This document shows, piece after piece, positions 7,608 through 14,977 of a DNA stretch of 42,018 nucleotides. Numbering within the stretch: the stretch's first letter is position 1; each line of letters begins with the position of its first letter. The stretch is from a virus (lineage: Duplodnaviria; Caudoviricetes), in IMG/VR virus record IMGVR_UViG_3300025673_000006, positions 1 through 42,018 of that record, one strand, 5' to 3'. The notes under the pieces are model-generated. The model did not search any database. It worked only from the letters and a program-made list of their open reading frames with translations, and had not been told where the DNA came from. The position numbers were made by a program, and so were the translations under genes.

Positions 7608-8384
7608 TTATGCGGCCTCAAGTCTGTATAATTCCTCATCAAGGATTCTCGTTTGGATCGCTGTCCGTTTAGCGATCAACTGCGGATTACATTCCCGTGC
7701 CGTGCGTGAAGGCTTTATCGCCTCGGTGCAACTCTGTTGCAATCGCCACAAACTCCACCCATTAGAGGCGTGTTCTTTGTACTTTGGGGCATCCCATTGC
7801 TGAATCGCACACCCAAGTTGTGAGGGTGATAAACCCCCCGATCTGAAAATGTTACCTAAGACACTCGTCCCATGGTCTTGACTCAACTCGACATCCTTGT
7901 ACGCTTTGATGAACTCCACCTGACGTTCCAGAATCTCAGGTACTCGCTCAAAGATTCCATCAATAATTGATCCCATTCTTGAATTCAGATGGGTCGTTTG
8001 CTTGGTCGAGATGGCATCGCCCAAGTCACCCGAAAAACAGAGATTTGAGCAAACCGTCACTCGGTTACCAATGACCAATGACCTCGGTAAAGTTTGATTA
8101 GTGCTTGCCCTTAATCCGATGATCGGTGACCACGATTTATCACCATTAGGGTTCGCTAATTTCAACGCACCAAAGAACTGACGGTGCTTTTGAGTTGTTA
8201 CGAATTCACTTTGAGTTACTGTGATTCCGTGCTTGTCAATTCCTTCCATCACTTGTTCAGCGAAGGTGCTAAAATCTACTGGGTTATGAAACTTACCTAT
8301 GTTTGATGCCTGCGGTAAAGTTTTCAAACTTTCTAAAGTGTGATGGACATTTTTTTCAGATGGGTATAAGAGTGCTGTTGTCAT
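7608..8384 (-). CDS. DUF932-like protein
   Basis: HNPVDF...FFGALKL...IGLRASTNQT...GNRVTVCSNLCFSG, SLWRLQQSCTEAIK pattern; ATG 8384 with GGAG SD. Confidence 0.7.
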   Translation of the reverse strand: MTTALLYPSEKNVHHTLESLKTLPQASNIGKFHNPVDFSTFAEQVMEGIDKHGITVTQSEFVTTQKHRQFFGALKLANPNGDKSWSPIIGLRASTNQTLPRSLVIGNRVTVCSNLCFSGDLGDAISTKQTTHLNSRMGSIIDGIFERVPEILERQVEFIKAYKDVELSQDHGTSVLGNIFRSGGLSPSQLGCAIQQWDAPKYKEHASNGWSLWRLQQSCTEAIKPSRTARECNPQLIAKRTAIQTRILDEELYRLEAA

Positions 8385-8418
8385 TTTATTTCTCCAGTTG
8401 TGTTGTTTTAAAAGTTTC

Positions 8419-8481
8419 AGCATTTGCTAAAAGCTGAGTCAATCTTAGTCCTATGCTTGCGCTATGTCAATAGCTAAAGCT
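8419..8481 (-). promoter_or_regulatory. Early promoter PE3 with operators
   Basis: GCTA-TTGACA (8465-8470)-17 bp-TAAGAT (8442-8447); AGCATTTGCT 8419-8428; AGCTAAAGCT 8472-8481. Confidence 0.8.
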
Positions 8482-8484
8482 AAT

Positions 8485-8781
8485 TTATTTTAACGATCCT
8501 AGTTCGATACTTTCTTGGTACGTAAATATAGGGTGATTTAGGATGTGACCGTACTTTGAGAATAGTAGCTTAAATTCTTCCGCTAACTCTCTGTCTGATA
8601 AGTCTAGTAACTCATCAGCAACTTCTACATTCTCGATGTCGTTTCTCAATCGCTCCATCTGATGATTGCACGTATCTTCTGCGACCCACTTGTGGGGGGC
8701 ATCAGCCATGATGCCTGTACAATCATCAATGTGGATGTGGAAATCATCGTATGCAAATACTGGTACTGTTGCTGTTTTCAT
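8485..8781 (-). CDS. Hypothetical acidic protein
   Basis: 98 aa, GGGGG SD. Confidence 0.65.
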   Translation of the reverse strand: MKTATVPVFAYDDFHIHIDDCTGIMADAPHKWVAEDTCNHQMERLRNDIENVEVADELLDLSDRELAEEFKLLFSKYGHILNHPIFTYQESIELGSLK

Positions 8782-8789
8782 GATTCCCC

Positions 8790-9188
8790 CTATGTGTACC
8801 GTTTCATTTTAGGATAAGTCGATACTAATTTACCCTCGGTTAGTAAGTCGTATAATTCCCAGTTCAAAGTATCACGGGGTACAAATTCCACGGACTCATC
8901 GAATGCTACCCTGCCATATAACGTGACAAGTCGATCAGCAATGGCCATGTCAAGGGGTGTATACGTCTCTACAATGTAAGCAGGTTCCACGACACCCTGT
9001 GAATTTACAAAAGAACCGTCATCTTCAGCGAGAAACGCTTCAAATGACATCTTATTCTGTCTCCATTCTTCCCATCTATTCGCTTCAGAGTTGCGATAGG
9101 ATAGAAGAGCTCTCAAATCACTACAGACCTTTGCCCCCTTCAACATACCCTGATAACCTCGTTCAAGCAGTCCCTTAGATACGTTCAT
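8790..9188 (-). CDS. Hypothetical protein
   Basis: 132 aa, GGGGGAG SD. Confidence 0.65.
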   Translation of the reverse strand: MNVSKGLLERGYQGMLKGAKVCSDLRALLSYRNSEANRWEEWRQNKMSFEAFLAEDDGSFVNSQGVVEPAYIVETYTPLDMAIADRLVTLYGRVAFDESVEFVPRDTLNWELYDLLTEGKLVSTYPKMKRYT

Positions 9189-9378
9189 GACTCCCCCTTT
9201 TTATCTGCTTCATGATGTCCGAAACTACTTCCATTCCACGGCTCAGTAAGTAAGGATCGCAATCATCTTCCCTGCCCAACTCTAACGTGTCACTACACAA
9301 TGTATACACTTCCATCAATGCATCATATGTAGTGTGATACACCCGATTTTCTATTTTTACATCAATTAATTTGCTCAT
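9175..9378 (-). CDS. Hypothetical protein
   Basis: Likely start MSKLIDV at 9378 with GGAG SD; the ORF-track extension overlaps the upstream gene. Confidence 0.6.
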   Translation of the reverse strand: MSKLIDVKIENRVYHTTYDALMEVYTLCSDTLELGREDDCDPYLLSRGMEVVSDIMKQIKRGSHERI

Positions 9379-9404
9379 GCTCTTCTCCATATATTTGGTT
9401 GGTG

Positions 9405-9719
9405 TTATATGAATGGAAAACCACCCATTCCAAGTGGACTTTTTGTCAACTCTCTGGCCCACTTAACTGATGCATCGTTACGGGCATCGGTATAGTCTTT
9501 CATGCCATGAACCTCGATGGTTTTTAGTAACGCCCCCATGAAACACTGTTGAAGTGTGGGGTGTTGGAATGTCAGTGATTTACCCATCATTTCACCCACC
9601 TCAGTGCTATCACCCATGTTAATTTCTTTAATCAAAGATTCCATTGCATCTTTAATACGCTGTTCTTTGTCCGTTTTTGCTATGTGACGATTTAAGGCTA
9701 TCGCTAATTCATCAGTCAT
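9405..9719 (-). CDS. Hypothetical phage protein
   Basis: 104 aa, GGAG SD; HPTLQQ...TDARN...PFI pattern resembles small early phage proteins. Confidence 0.7.
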   Translation of the reverse strand: MTDELAIALNRHIAKTDKEQRIKDAMESLIKEINMGDSTEVGEMMGKSLTFQHPTLQQCFMGALLKTIEVHGMKDYTDARNDASVKWARELTKSPLGMGGFPFI

Positions 9720-9720
9720 T

Positions 9721-9990
9721 TTATTCTCCCTCTTGTTCGTAATGTTTGTTCCACGCCCGATGCTCAGTATCGTCTAAGATTCTTAACCAAAAATCATTAC
9801 TTGATTTAATCCCCAACTCACTACATAAAAAACAAACCTCCATTACATCATCATCAAGATCATTCAGAAAATCTGCGAACTCATTTGGTGTTTTAGCTAC
9901 GTCATACCAGTGTGTCGGGTGATCTTTTGGCCCGTCATATCTCTCAGCAGGGCTTTTTGTCACTTTCGCAACTTGATAGTAAGTGTTCAT
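9721..9990 (-). CDS. Hypothetical protein
   Basis: Likely start MNTYYQ at 9990 (ATGA overlap, GGGGG SD). Confidence 0.6.
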   Translation of the reverse strand: MNTYYQVAKVTKSPAERYDGPKDHPTHWYDVAKTPNEFADFLNDLDDDVMEVCFLCSELGIKSSNDFWLRILDDTEHRAWNKHYEQEGE

Positions 9991-10184
9991 CTGATACCCC
10001 CTTCTATAATGTATAAATGTGTGCTGTGACATACAGGACAGAACACGCCCCTTTCCCCGTCTTTGTGTTCAATTCGGGGATTTTCTGCATGGTCACGCCC
10101 TTTGTATTTACAGCGTAAACATTCAGATAATTCCCCTCCTTGAACTATTTCCCACATTTTTTTGGTCTCCATTTTGGTCTCCAT
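9987..10184 (-). CDS. Small Zn-ribbon protein
   Basis: CLRC...CPVC; 12-bp duplication ATGGAGACCAAA at the 5' end makes the start ambiguous. Confidence 0.65.
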   Translation of the reverse strand: METKMETKKMWEIVQGGELSECLRCKYKGRDHAENPRIEHKDGERGVFCPVCHSTHLYIIEGGIR

Positions 10185-10200
10185 TTTTGTTAAAAGTTCC

Positions 10201-10257
10201 TAGCAATTGCTAAGGCTTAACTTATACTAAACCTTAGCATTTGATATGTCAATAGCT
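10201..10257 (-). promoter_or_regulatory. Early promoter PE2 with operators
   Basis: GCTA-TTGACA (10247-10252)-17 bp-TAGTAT (10224-10229); perfect palindrome TAGCAATTGCTA 10201-10212; AGCATTTGAT 10236-10245. Confidence 0.8.
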
Positions 10258-10269
10258 AATAGTTAATTA

Positions 10270-10512
10270 TTATGCCTTACTCCATACGCTCATGATTATT
10301 GCGTAAGGCCCGTCAGCATCAGCCCTACGCTCCACGTATGCGGCTAACATAGTCTCTTTGGCATCTGATAAATCCCTGATATCAGCTTTATCTATGTGTT
10401 TTTGTTCATTACCCAACCACACATATTTCCCAGTACAGTACTTGCAAATATATGTATTGAAAGGGAGTACTTTAATCATTTTTTTAGCTTGGGATTTTTT
10501 GATAAGTTTCAT
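10270..10512 (-). CDS. Hypothetical protein
   Basis: Likely start MKLIKK at 10512 with GGAG SD. Confidence 0.6.
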   Translation of the reverse strand: MKLIKKSQAKKMIKVLPFNTYICKYCTGKYVWLGNEQKHIDKADIRDLSDAKETMLAAYVERRADADGPYAIIMSVWSKA

Positions 10513-10573
10513 TTTTACCACTCCATTTTTTGTGATTGTTTTATTGTTAAATCAACTGTTGATAAATTGACTT

Positions 10574-10599
10574 AAAAATAAAGGGGCCATTTCTGGCCC
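10574..10599 (-). terminator. Intrinsic terminator after GP88-like gene
   Basis: Minus strand GGGCCA-GAAA-TGGCCC then CTTTATTTTT. Confidence 0.65.
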
Positions 10600-10606
10600 G
10601 ATGTTT

Positions 10607-11530
10607 TTATGCTATTGCGGCCAGTTCTAAAGCTTGTTTTTCTGTCCAGAAAAAATCTTGATCTTGAGACTTTTCAAGTCTATTTCTATCGCTTTGTTTA
10701 CCCCCCTTCATACGTAGAAATTTAAGCTTTACAGTATCAGCTGATCTGTCATCGTGTTTGTCAGCATCCATGAATCTTGAGCGTATTTGATCATTCACCT
10801 TCCACTCCCTTTTACATTCCTTTGTATTGAGTGCAACAACTACGTGTTGGCCGTCTTTGATAGCCTTGATGGTTCTATTTCTCACTGTTTCGTTAGCATT
10901 GGAACCACTGAAAACCCTTGTAATATTGTTAAGGCCCAGTTTTTTGTCTTTTTCAAAATAGGCTAATCCTTTTGAGTATTCGACAAAAGTCAGGAACCAA
11001 AATAGTTGATAAATACTTTGAAACTGTTTGAATAAATCCTGAGTACCGTTTAAACGAATGATTAATAAATCCTTGTACTTTTGATGTAAAAAACTTAACT
11101 CATCGGCTATTCGTTGAATAAATTGCTCAAAGCGAAACAACATTAAAATTGTGCGTTTTATTTTGGCGTTATCAGCTACTTCCATTCCTAGTTGGCCCGA
11201 CCACGCTAAACAGGTTAAGAAACATCCATTTTGCTCAGCCCATGGGCATAAAGTTTTTTTGCTTACTTTGTTATGGGGCGACAAAAATAGTACATATTGG
11301 ATTTTACCCGTCTCTTTTTTTGTCTTTTCTGTTTTTGCTGATTTGCTCAGTACAAAATCCATTGGCTTATTTAAATAGTCGTGATTGCTCACACCTCGAG
11401 TTTCACTCTTTAGCCACGTCTTCGCGTAGTCAGTTAATTTAGTACTTTTTAACAATGTTTCTAAGGCTAACGGTTTAAAGGTGAAAGGTTTTAATTGCTT
11501 AACACCTTGATAATCTTTTTTTAATATCAT
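10607..11530 (-). CDS. GP88-like protein with Cys cluster (radical-SAM-like fold suspected)
   Basis: LFLSP...LCPWAEQNGCFLTCL, IRLNGTQD, FVEYSK, RVFSGS, DKHDDR, LRMKG match my recollection of the phage GP88-type family. Confidence 0.65.
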   Translation of the reverse strand: MILKKDYQGVKQLKPFTFKPLALETLLKSTKLTDYAKTWLKSETRGVSNHDYLNKPMDFVLSKSAKTEKTKKETGKIQYVLFLSPHNKVSKKTLCPWAEQNGCFLTCLAWSGQLGMEVADNAKIKRTILMLFRFEQFIQRIADELSFLHQKYKDLLIIRLNGTQDLFKQFQSIYQLFWFLTFVEYSKGLAYFEKDKKLGLNNITRVFSGSNANETVRNRTIKAIKDGQHVVVALNTKECKREWKVNDQIRSRFMDADKHDDRSADTVKLKFLRMKGGKQSDRNRLEKSQDQDFFWTEKQALELAAIA

Positions 11531-11575
11531 AGTAAATTTTCCTGATAGGCTTGAACAATGTGTTGTTTAAAATCA

Positions 11576-11640
11576 TTAAGCAAATGCTTAACTTGATTCC
11601 AGATTATCACTCACAATTTAGTATGTCAATAGCATAAGGT
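11576..11640 (-). promoter_or_regulatory. Early promoter PE1 with operators
   Basis: GCTA-TTGACA (11624-11629)-17 bp-TAATCT (11601-11606); TTAAGCAAATGCTTAA 11576-11591; AGCATAAGGT 11631-11640. Confidence 0.8.
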
Positions 11641-11916
11641 TAAAACATGGCCTTAAAAATCCCTTATATAAGGTATACGACTTGATTTCTGACAGTATTC
11701 AATTCACATGGAATAATTTAAAAATCAATGGTTTATGCTAGAATTGATTTTTAAATGGTAGGTTATTTAGGCCCTTATTTATAAAGTTAAAGTAATACTA
11801 TTAAGTAAATCAATAGCATAGAGTGAATAATGGCAAAAAGGTGTCAAAAAGAGCGGGATTAAAAAGGTAAAAAATAAAAAGAGGGGTGTAGGTTTGCCAG
11901 ACCCTAGAGACCCCCT

Positions 11917-12026
11917 GTGGGTGTCGCGGCCCCCACTCTGATATACATACAATAATGACGGTGAATTAGTAGTAAAAATAAAAATGGGATTTTTATAGTA
12001 GGGGGGTGGGACTCGCGACCCCACCC
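11917..12026. repeat. Pair of related GC-rich palindromes upstream of terL
   Basis: GTGGGTGTCGCGGCCCCCAC 11917-11936 and GTGGGACTCGCGACCCCAC 12006-12024 separated by AT-rich DNA. Confidence 0.5.
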
Positions 12027-12064
12027 TTTAACACAGTACGAGGGGTGGCTCATGGAAGGGTCAT

Positions 12065-13378
12065 ATGAACCAAGTAGAAATACCGTACCACCCAAGACCT
12101 CTACAGAGGCATCTCCACGATAGCGTCCGTAGATGGACAGTAGTTGTAGCCCACAGACGATTTGGCAAGACATTCTGGGCAATTAATCACCTGCTCCGTG
12201 ACGCCTTGACGATGCGTAAGAAAAACGTGCGTCTAGCCTACATAGCCCCCACGTACCGACAAGCCAAGGTGATCGCATGGGACATCTTGAAGAATATGTC
12301 CCGTGTCATCCCAGACATATCGATCAACGAGACTGAACTCCGCATAGACTACCCAACTGGGGCGAGGATCAGGTTATACGGGGCTGGGGACGATCCAGAC
12401 GCACTCCGTGGTCAGTACTTCCACGGAGTCGTGATGGACGAGTATGCCCAGATGCCAGCAAATCTGTTCGGTGAGATTTTGAGGCCAGCCTTGTCAGATA
12501 AAAAAGGCTATGCTATCTGGATTGGGACGCCCATGGGGCAGGATGCTTTCCACGACCTGTACCAGCAAGCCAAGATAAAAGAAGAAGCAGACCCCAAGTC
12601 CGCATGGATGACGGCTTTATTCCGCGCGTCTGAGACTAATGTCATCGATGCTGAAGAACTCGCAGACGCTAAAGACATCATGACTGATGCCGAGTTTAAT
12701 CAGGAGTACGAATGCTCTTTCCAAGCGGCCATAGAAGGTAGTTATTACGGGTCTTTCATGGACAGAGCGGAGAACGAGGGCAGGTTAATATCAGTCCCCT
12801 ATGACCCCATGCTCCCTGTCAACACGGCTTGGGATTTAGGAATTTCGGATTCCACCTGCATACTAATGTATCAGGTTGCTGGGAACGAAATACGCATCAT
12901 AGATGTGTACGAAATGGACGGGGAGGGTCTGGCTCACTACATCTCTTACTTATCCACGAAACCCTACACTTGGGGGACTCACACAGCCCCTCATGACATA
13001 CAGGTCAGGGAGTTGGGTACTGGGAGATCGCGACTAGAACAGGCCGCCTCCTTGGGAATTAACTTCCAGATAGCCCCCCAGATCGGAGTACAGGATGGCA
13101 TCAACGCTGTGAGGACGATCTTTCCGCGCATCTGGATCGACAAGGTTAACTGTCGGATAGTCGTTGAGGCTCTGCGGAACTACCGCAGGGAGAAGAACAA
13201 GCGGACTAACGAGTTCAAACCAAGACCCCTCCATGATTGGAGTTCGCATATCTGTGACGCTGTCCGTTATATGGCTGTCAATTTCAACGAACAGTCCCAG
13301 CTTATCAACGCAGGCAGGGAGCGTAAGAAGATGTCCCAATCCCAGTGGATGTCTGGTGACTCCACAGCGGGGTACTAG
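12065..13378 (+). CDS. terL: Terminase large subunit
   Basis: Walker A AHRRFGKT, LRG...Walker B VVMDEYA, IGTPMG, FNQEYECSF, nuclease AWDLG, HDWSSHICDAVRY. Confidence 0.95.
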   Translation: MNQVEIPYHPRPLQRHLHDSVRRWTVVVAHRRFGKTFWAINHLLRDALTMRKKNVRLAYIAPTYRQAKVIAWDILKNMSRVIPDISINETELRIDYPTGARIRLYGAGDDPDALRGQYFHGVVMDEYAQMPANLFGEILRPALSDKKGYAIWIGTPMGQDAFHDLYQQAKIKEEADPKSAWMTALFRASETNVIDAEELADAKDIMTDAEFNQEYECSFQAAIEGSYYGSFMDRAENEGRLISVPYDPMLPVNTAWDLGISDSTCILMYQVAGNEIRIIDVYEMDGEGLAHYISYLSTKPYTWGTHTAPHDIQVRELGTGRSRLEQAASLGINFQIAPQIGVQDGINAVRTIFPRIWIDKVNCRIVVEALRNYRREKNKRTNEFKPRPLHDWSSHICDAVRYMAVNFNEQSQLINAGRERKKMSQSQWMSGDSTAGY

Positions 13379-13750
13379 ATGGCACGAAGATCATCTATAC
13401 CACAGGCCGTGGAAGACCGCATATACGCTTGGGTGAACTGGGAAAGGACTCTGCTGGAGACCTCATCAATTGGTTACCCCCACGAAACCATGGAGTCGAA
13501 GCTATCTCGCGGGGTCGCTACGGGGTCGGCTCCCCCATCGTCACGAACTCCCGAAGTCTTAGTACCACGACATCTCCAAGTCATCGATCACGTAATGACA
13601 AGGATGCCACCTAAGTTACAGGCCGCACTTATATCCCACTATTCTCTAGACCCCCGCGCCAAGGTAAGCAAGCACCACCTGACCAAGGCTCAGTACTGGT
13701 TATTAGGGGCATTAGAACACGCAGTCACTGAGGTTAATACTAGAGTGTAA
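13379..13750 (+). CDS. Antitermination protein Q-like late regulator
   Basis: RIYAWVNW...IGYP...VIDHVMTRMP...ALISHY...LTKAQYWLLGAL resembles Q family; followed by a promoter+terminator pair. The HTH segment looks shortened. Confidence 0.5.
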   Translation: MARRSSIPQAVEDRIYAWVNWERTLLETSSIGYPHETMESKLSRGVATGSAPPSSRTPEVLVPRHLQVIDHVMTRMPPKLQAALISHYSLDPRAKVSKHHLTKAQYWLLGALEHAVTEVNTRV

Positions 13751-13754
13751 ACTA

Positions 13755-13783
13755 TTAGCTATTGTATAAGCAATAGCTATAAT
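13755..13783 (+). promoter_or_regulatory. Promoter for RNA-HNH cassette within an inverted repeat
   Basis: TATAAT 13778-13783; inverted repeat TAGCTATTG (13756-13764)/CAATAGCTA (13771-13779); operator variant AGCAATAGCT 13769-13778; poor -35. Confidence 0.5.
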
Positions 13784-13786
13784 AGT

Positions 13787-13852
13787 AGTGTGGCTAGGAT
13801 ACAAGCGCATCCGAACCGAGCAATCCCACCCACTGCTCTTGCCACACTTTTT
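13787..13852 (+). ncRNA. Putative three-way-junction structured RNA / attenuator
   Basis: P1 AGTGTGGC/GCCACACT (8 bp), P2 GGAT/ATCC, P3 GAGCA/TGCTC, then a T-tract. Confidence 0.5.
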
Positions 13853-13872
13853 AACTACCTGTGCGTGAGAAT

Positions 13873-14403
13873 ATGTCAGCCACTTCCCCAAAGAAATTAA
13901 CCCTAACCGATGTTCTACGGCTCCCCATCCAGTGGGACGATACCTTGTCAGAATTTGTCTGGTCTAGGGATGTAGCTAGACGGTGTAAAAAGGGGGATGT
14001 GGTTGGGGGCATTTGCACAAAGACGGGTTATCGAAGTATGAGATACCAAGGTAAATCTCACTATATTCATAGATTAGCCTACGTGTGGCACACAGGGCAG
14101 ACATTGACTAGGTGTATTGACCACATAAATGGTGACCGTAGTGATAACAGACGAGAGAATTTACGTCAGGTAACTTACACGGTTAATAACCAGAATAAGC
14201 GAAGGTACACAAACAACACTACGGGCGTCACAGGGGTACGGATGATGCCCACGGGGAGGTTCAACTCCTTCATTTGGAAGAACGGAAGAAGATTACACAT
14301 AGGATGCCACGACACTTTAGAGGAGGCATCCAGAGCAAGGCGCGGAGCGGAGATAGATTTAGGCTACCACACTAATCACGGGAATGTGATACTTCCTACA
14401 TAA
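13873..14403 (+). CDS. Free-standing HNH homing endonuclease with AP2-like C-terminal domain
   Basis: YIHRLAY...IDHINGDRSDNRRENLR; NNTTGVTGV...LHIGCHDTLEEASRARRGAE. Start is ATG 13873 or GTG 13861. Confidence 0.9.
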   Translation: MSATSPKKLTLTDVLRLPIQWDDTLSEFVWSRDVARRCKKGDVVGGICTKTGYRSMRYQGKSHYIHRLAYVWHTGQTLTRCIDHINGDRSDNRRENLRQVTYTVNNQNKRRYTNNTTGVTGVRMMPTGRFNSFIWKNGRRLHIGCHDTLEEASRARRGAEIDLGYHTNHGNVILPT

Positions 14404-14404
14404 G

Positions 14405-14442
14405 AGCAAATGCTTGCCATTAATCCTTTTTATTGTTATAAT
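14405..14442 (+). promoter_or_regulatory. Late promoter (pR'-like) with adjacent operator
   Basis: TTGCCA (14414-14419)-17 bp-TATAAT (14437-14442), extended TG; AGCAAATGCT 14405-14414. Confidence 0.8.
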
Positions 14443-14490
14443 ATTATCTATGCTAGTGGTTTTGACCTCTCCGTTCACCCACTTGTTGTT

Positions 14491-14529
14491 ACCCCCTATC
14501 TGACCTTAATCCCAGTTAGGGGGTTTTTT
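14491..14529 (+). terminator. tR'-like terminator between late promoter and head genes
   Basis: ACCCCCTA (14491-14498)...TAGGGGGT (14517-14524) plus inner CTG/CAG pairing, then TTTTT. Confidence 0.65.
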
Positions 14530-14546
14530 ACATCCAGAGAGAACAT

Positions 14547-14975
14547 ATGACTGACGTTGACCTTGAAGAAATCGTTGACCTCGACATAGAGACAGACGAG
14601 TTACCCTTAGAAATGACGAGGGCAACAACGCCCCGCAAGCCCAAGCGTAAGAAGACTGCTGGGTCGGGTCGCAAGAAGGGTGTTAAGAATAAAGAGAAGC
14701 AGTTCGGTGAGAGTTACATCGCCAATGCCCTAACTACTGCTGGTTGTTGTCCTCTCAGGTCTTTAGTCCGCGTGGGCAGAAAGGCCGAGAGAGAAGGACA
14801 GTACTCATCCGCGATCAAGGCGTATAGCGACATCTTAGGCTACATCCAAGCAAAGCCCCGCGCACCTCTTGTGGCAATAGAATCTAAAGGGAATTTAGTA
14901 TTCAAGTGGCAAGACGAGGTCGAGACTACAGAAGAGGCTTTTATAATAGACCAGACATCTGGTGACAGGGACTAG
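14547..14975 (+). CDS. Putative terminase small subunit
   Basis: GSGRKKGVKNK basic motif, helical middle, C-terminal strand (LVFKW); directly before portal. Confidence 0.55.
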   Translation: MTDVDLEEIVDLDIETDELPLEMTRATTPRKPKRKKTAGSGRKKGVKNKEKQFGESYIANALTTAGCCPLRSLVRVGRKAEREGQYSSAIKAYSDILGYIQAKPRAPLVAIESKGNLVFKWQDEVETTEEAFIIDQTSGDRD

Positions 14976-14977
14976 TA

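Noticed and set aside
11779-12182. Minus-strand ORFs of 81 and 92 aa
   Set aside because: Low-complexity translations of A-tract regulatory DNA, one overlapping terL; non-ATG starts.
13750-14546. Group I intron or HEARO/IscB element around the HNH gene
   Set aside because: Flanking genes are intact, the RNA is only about 65 nt, and the protein has no RuvC motifs.
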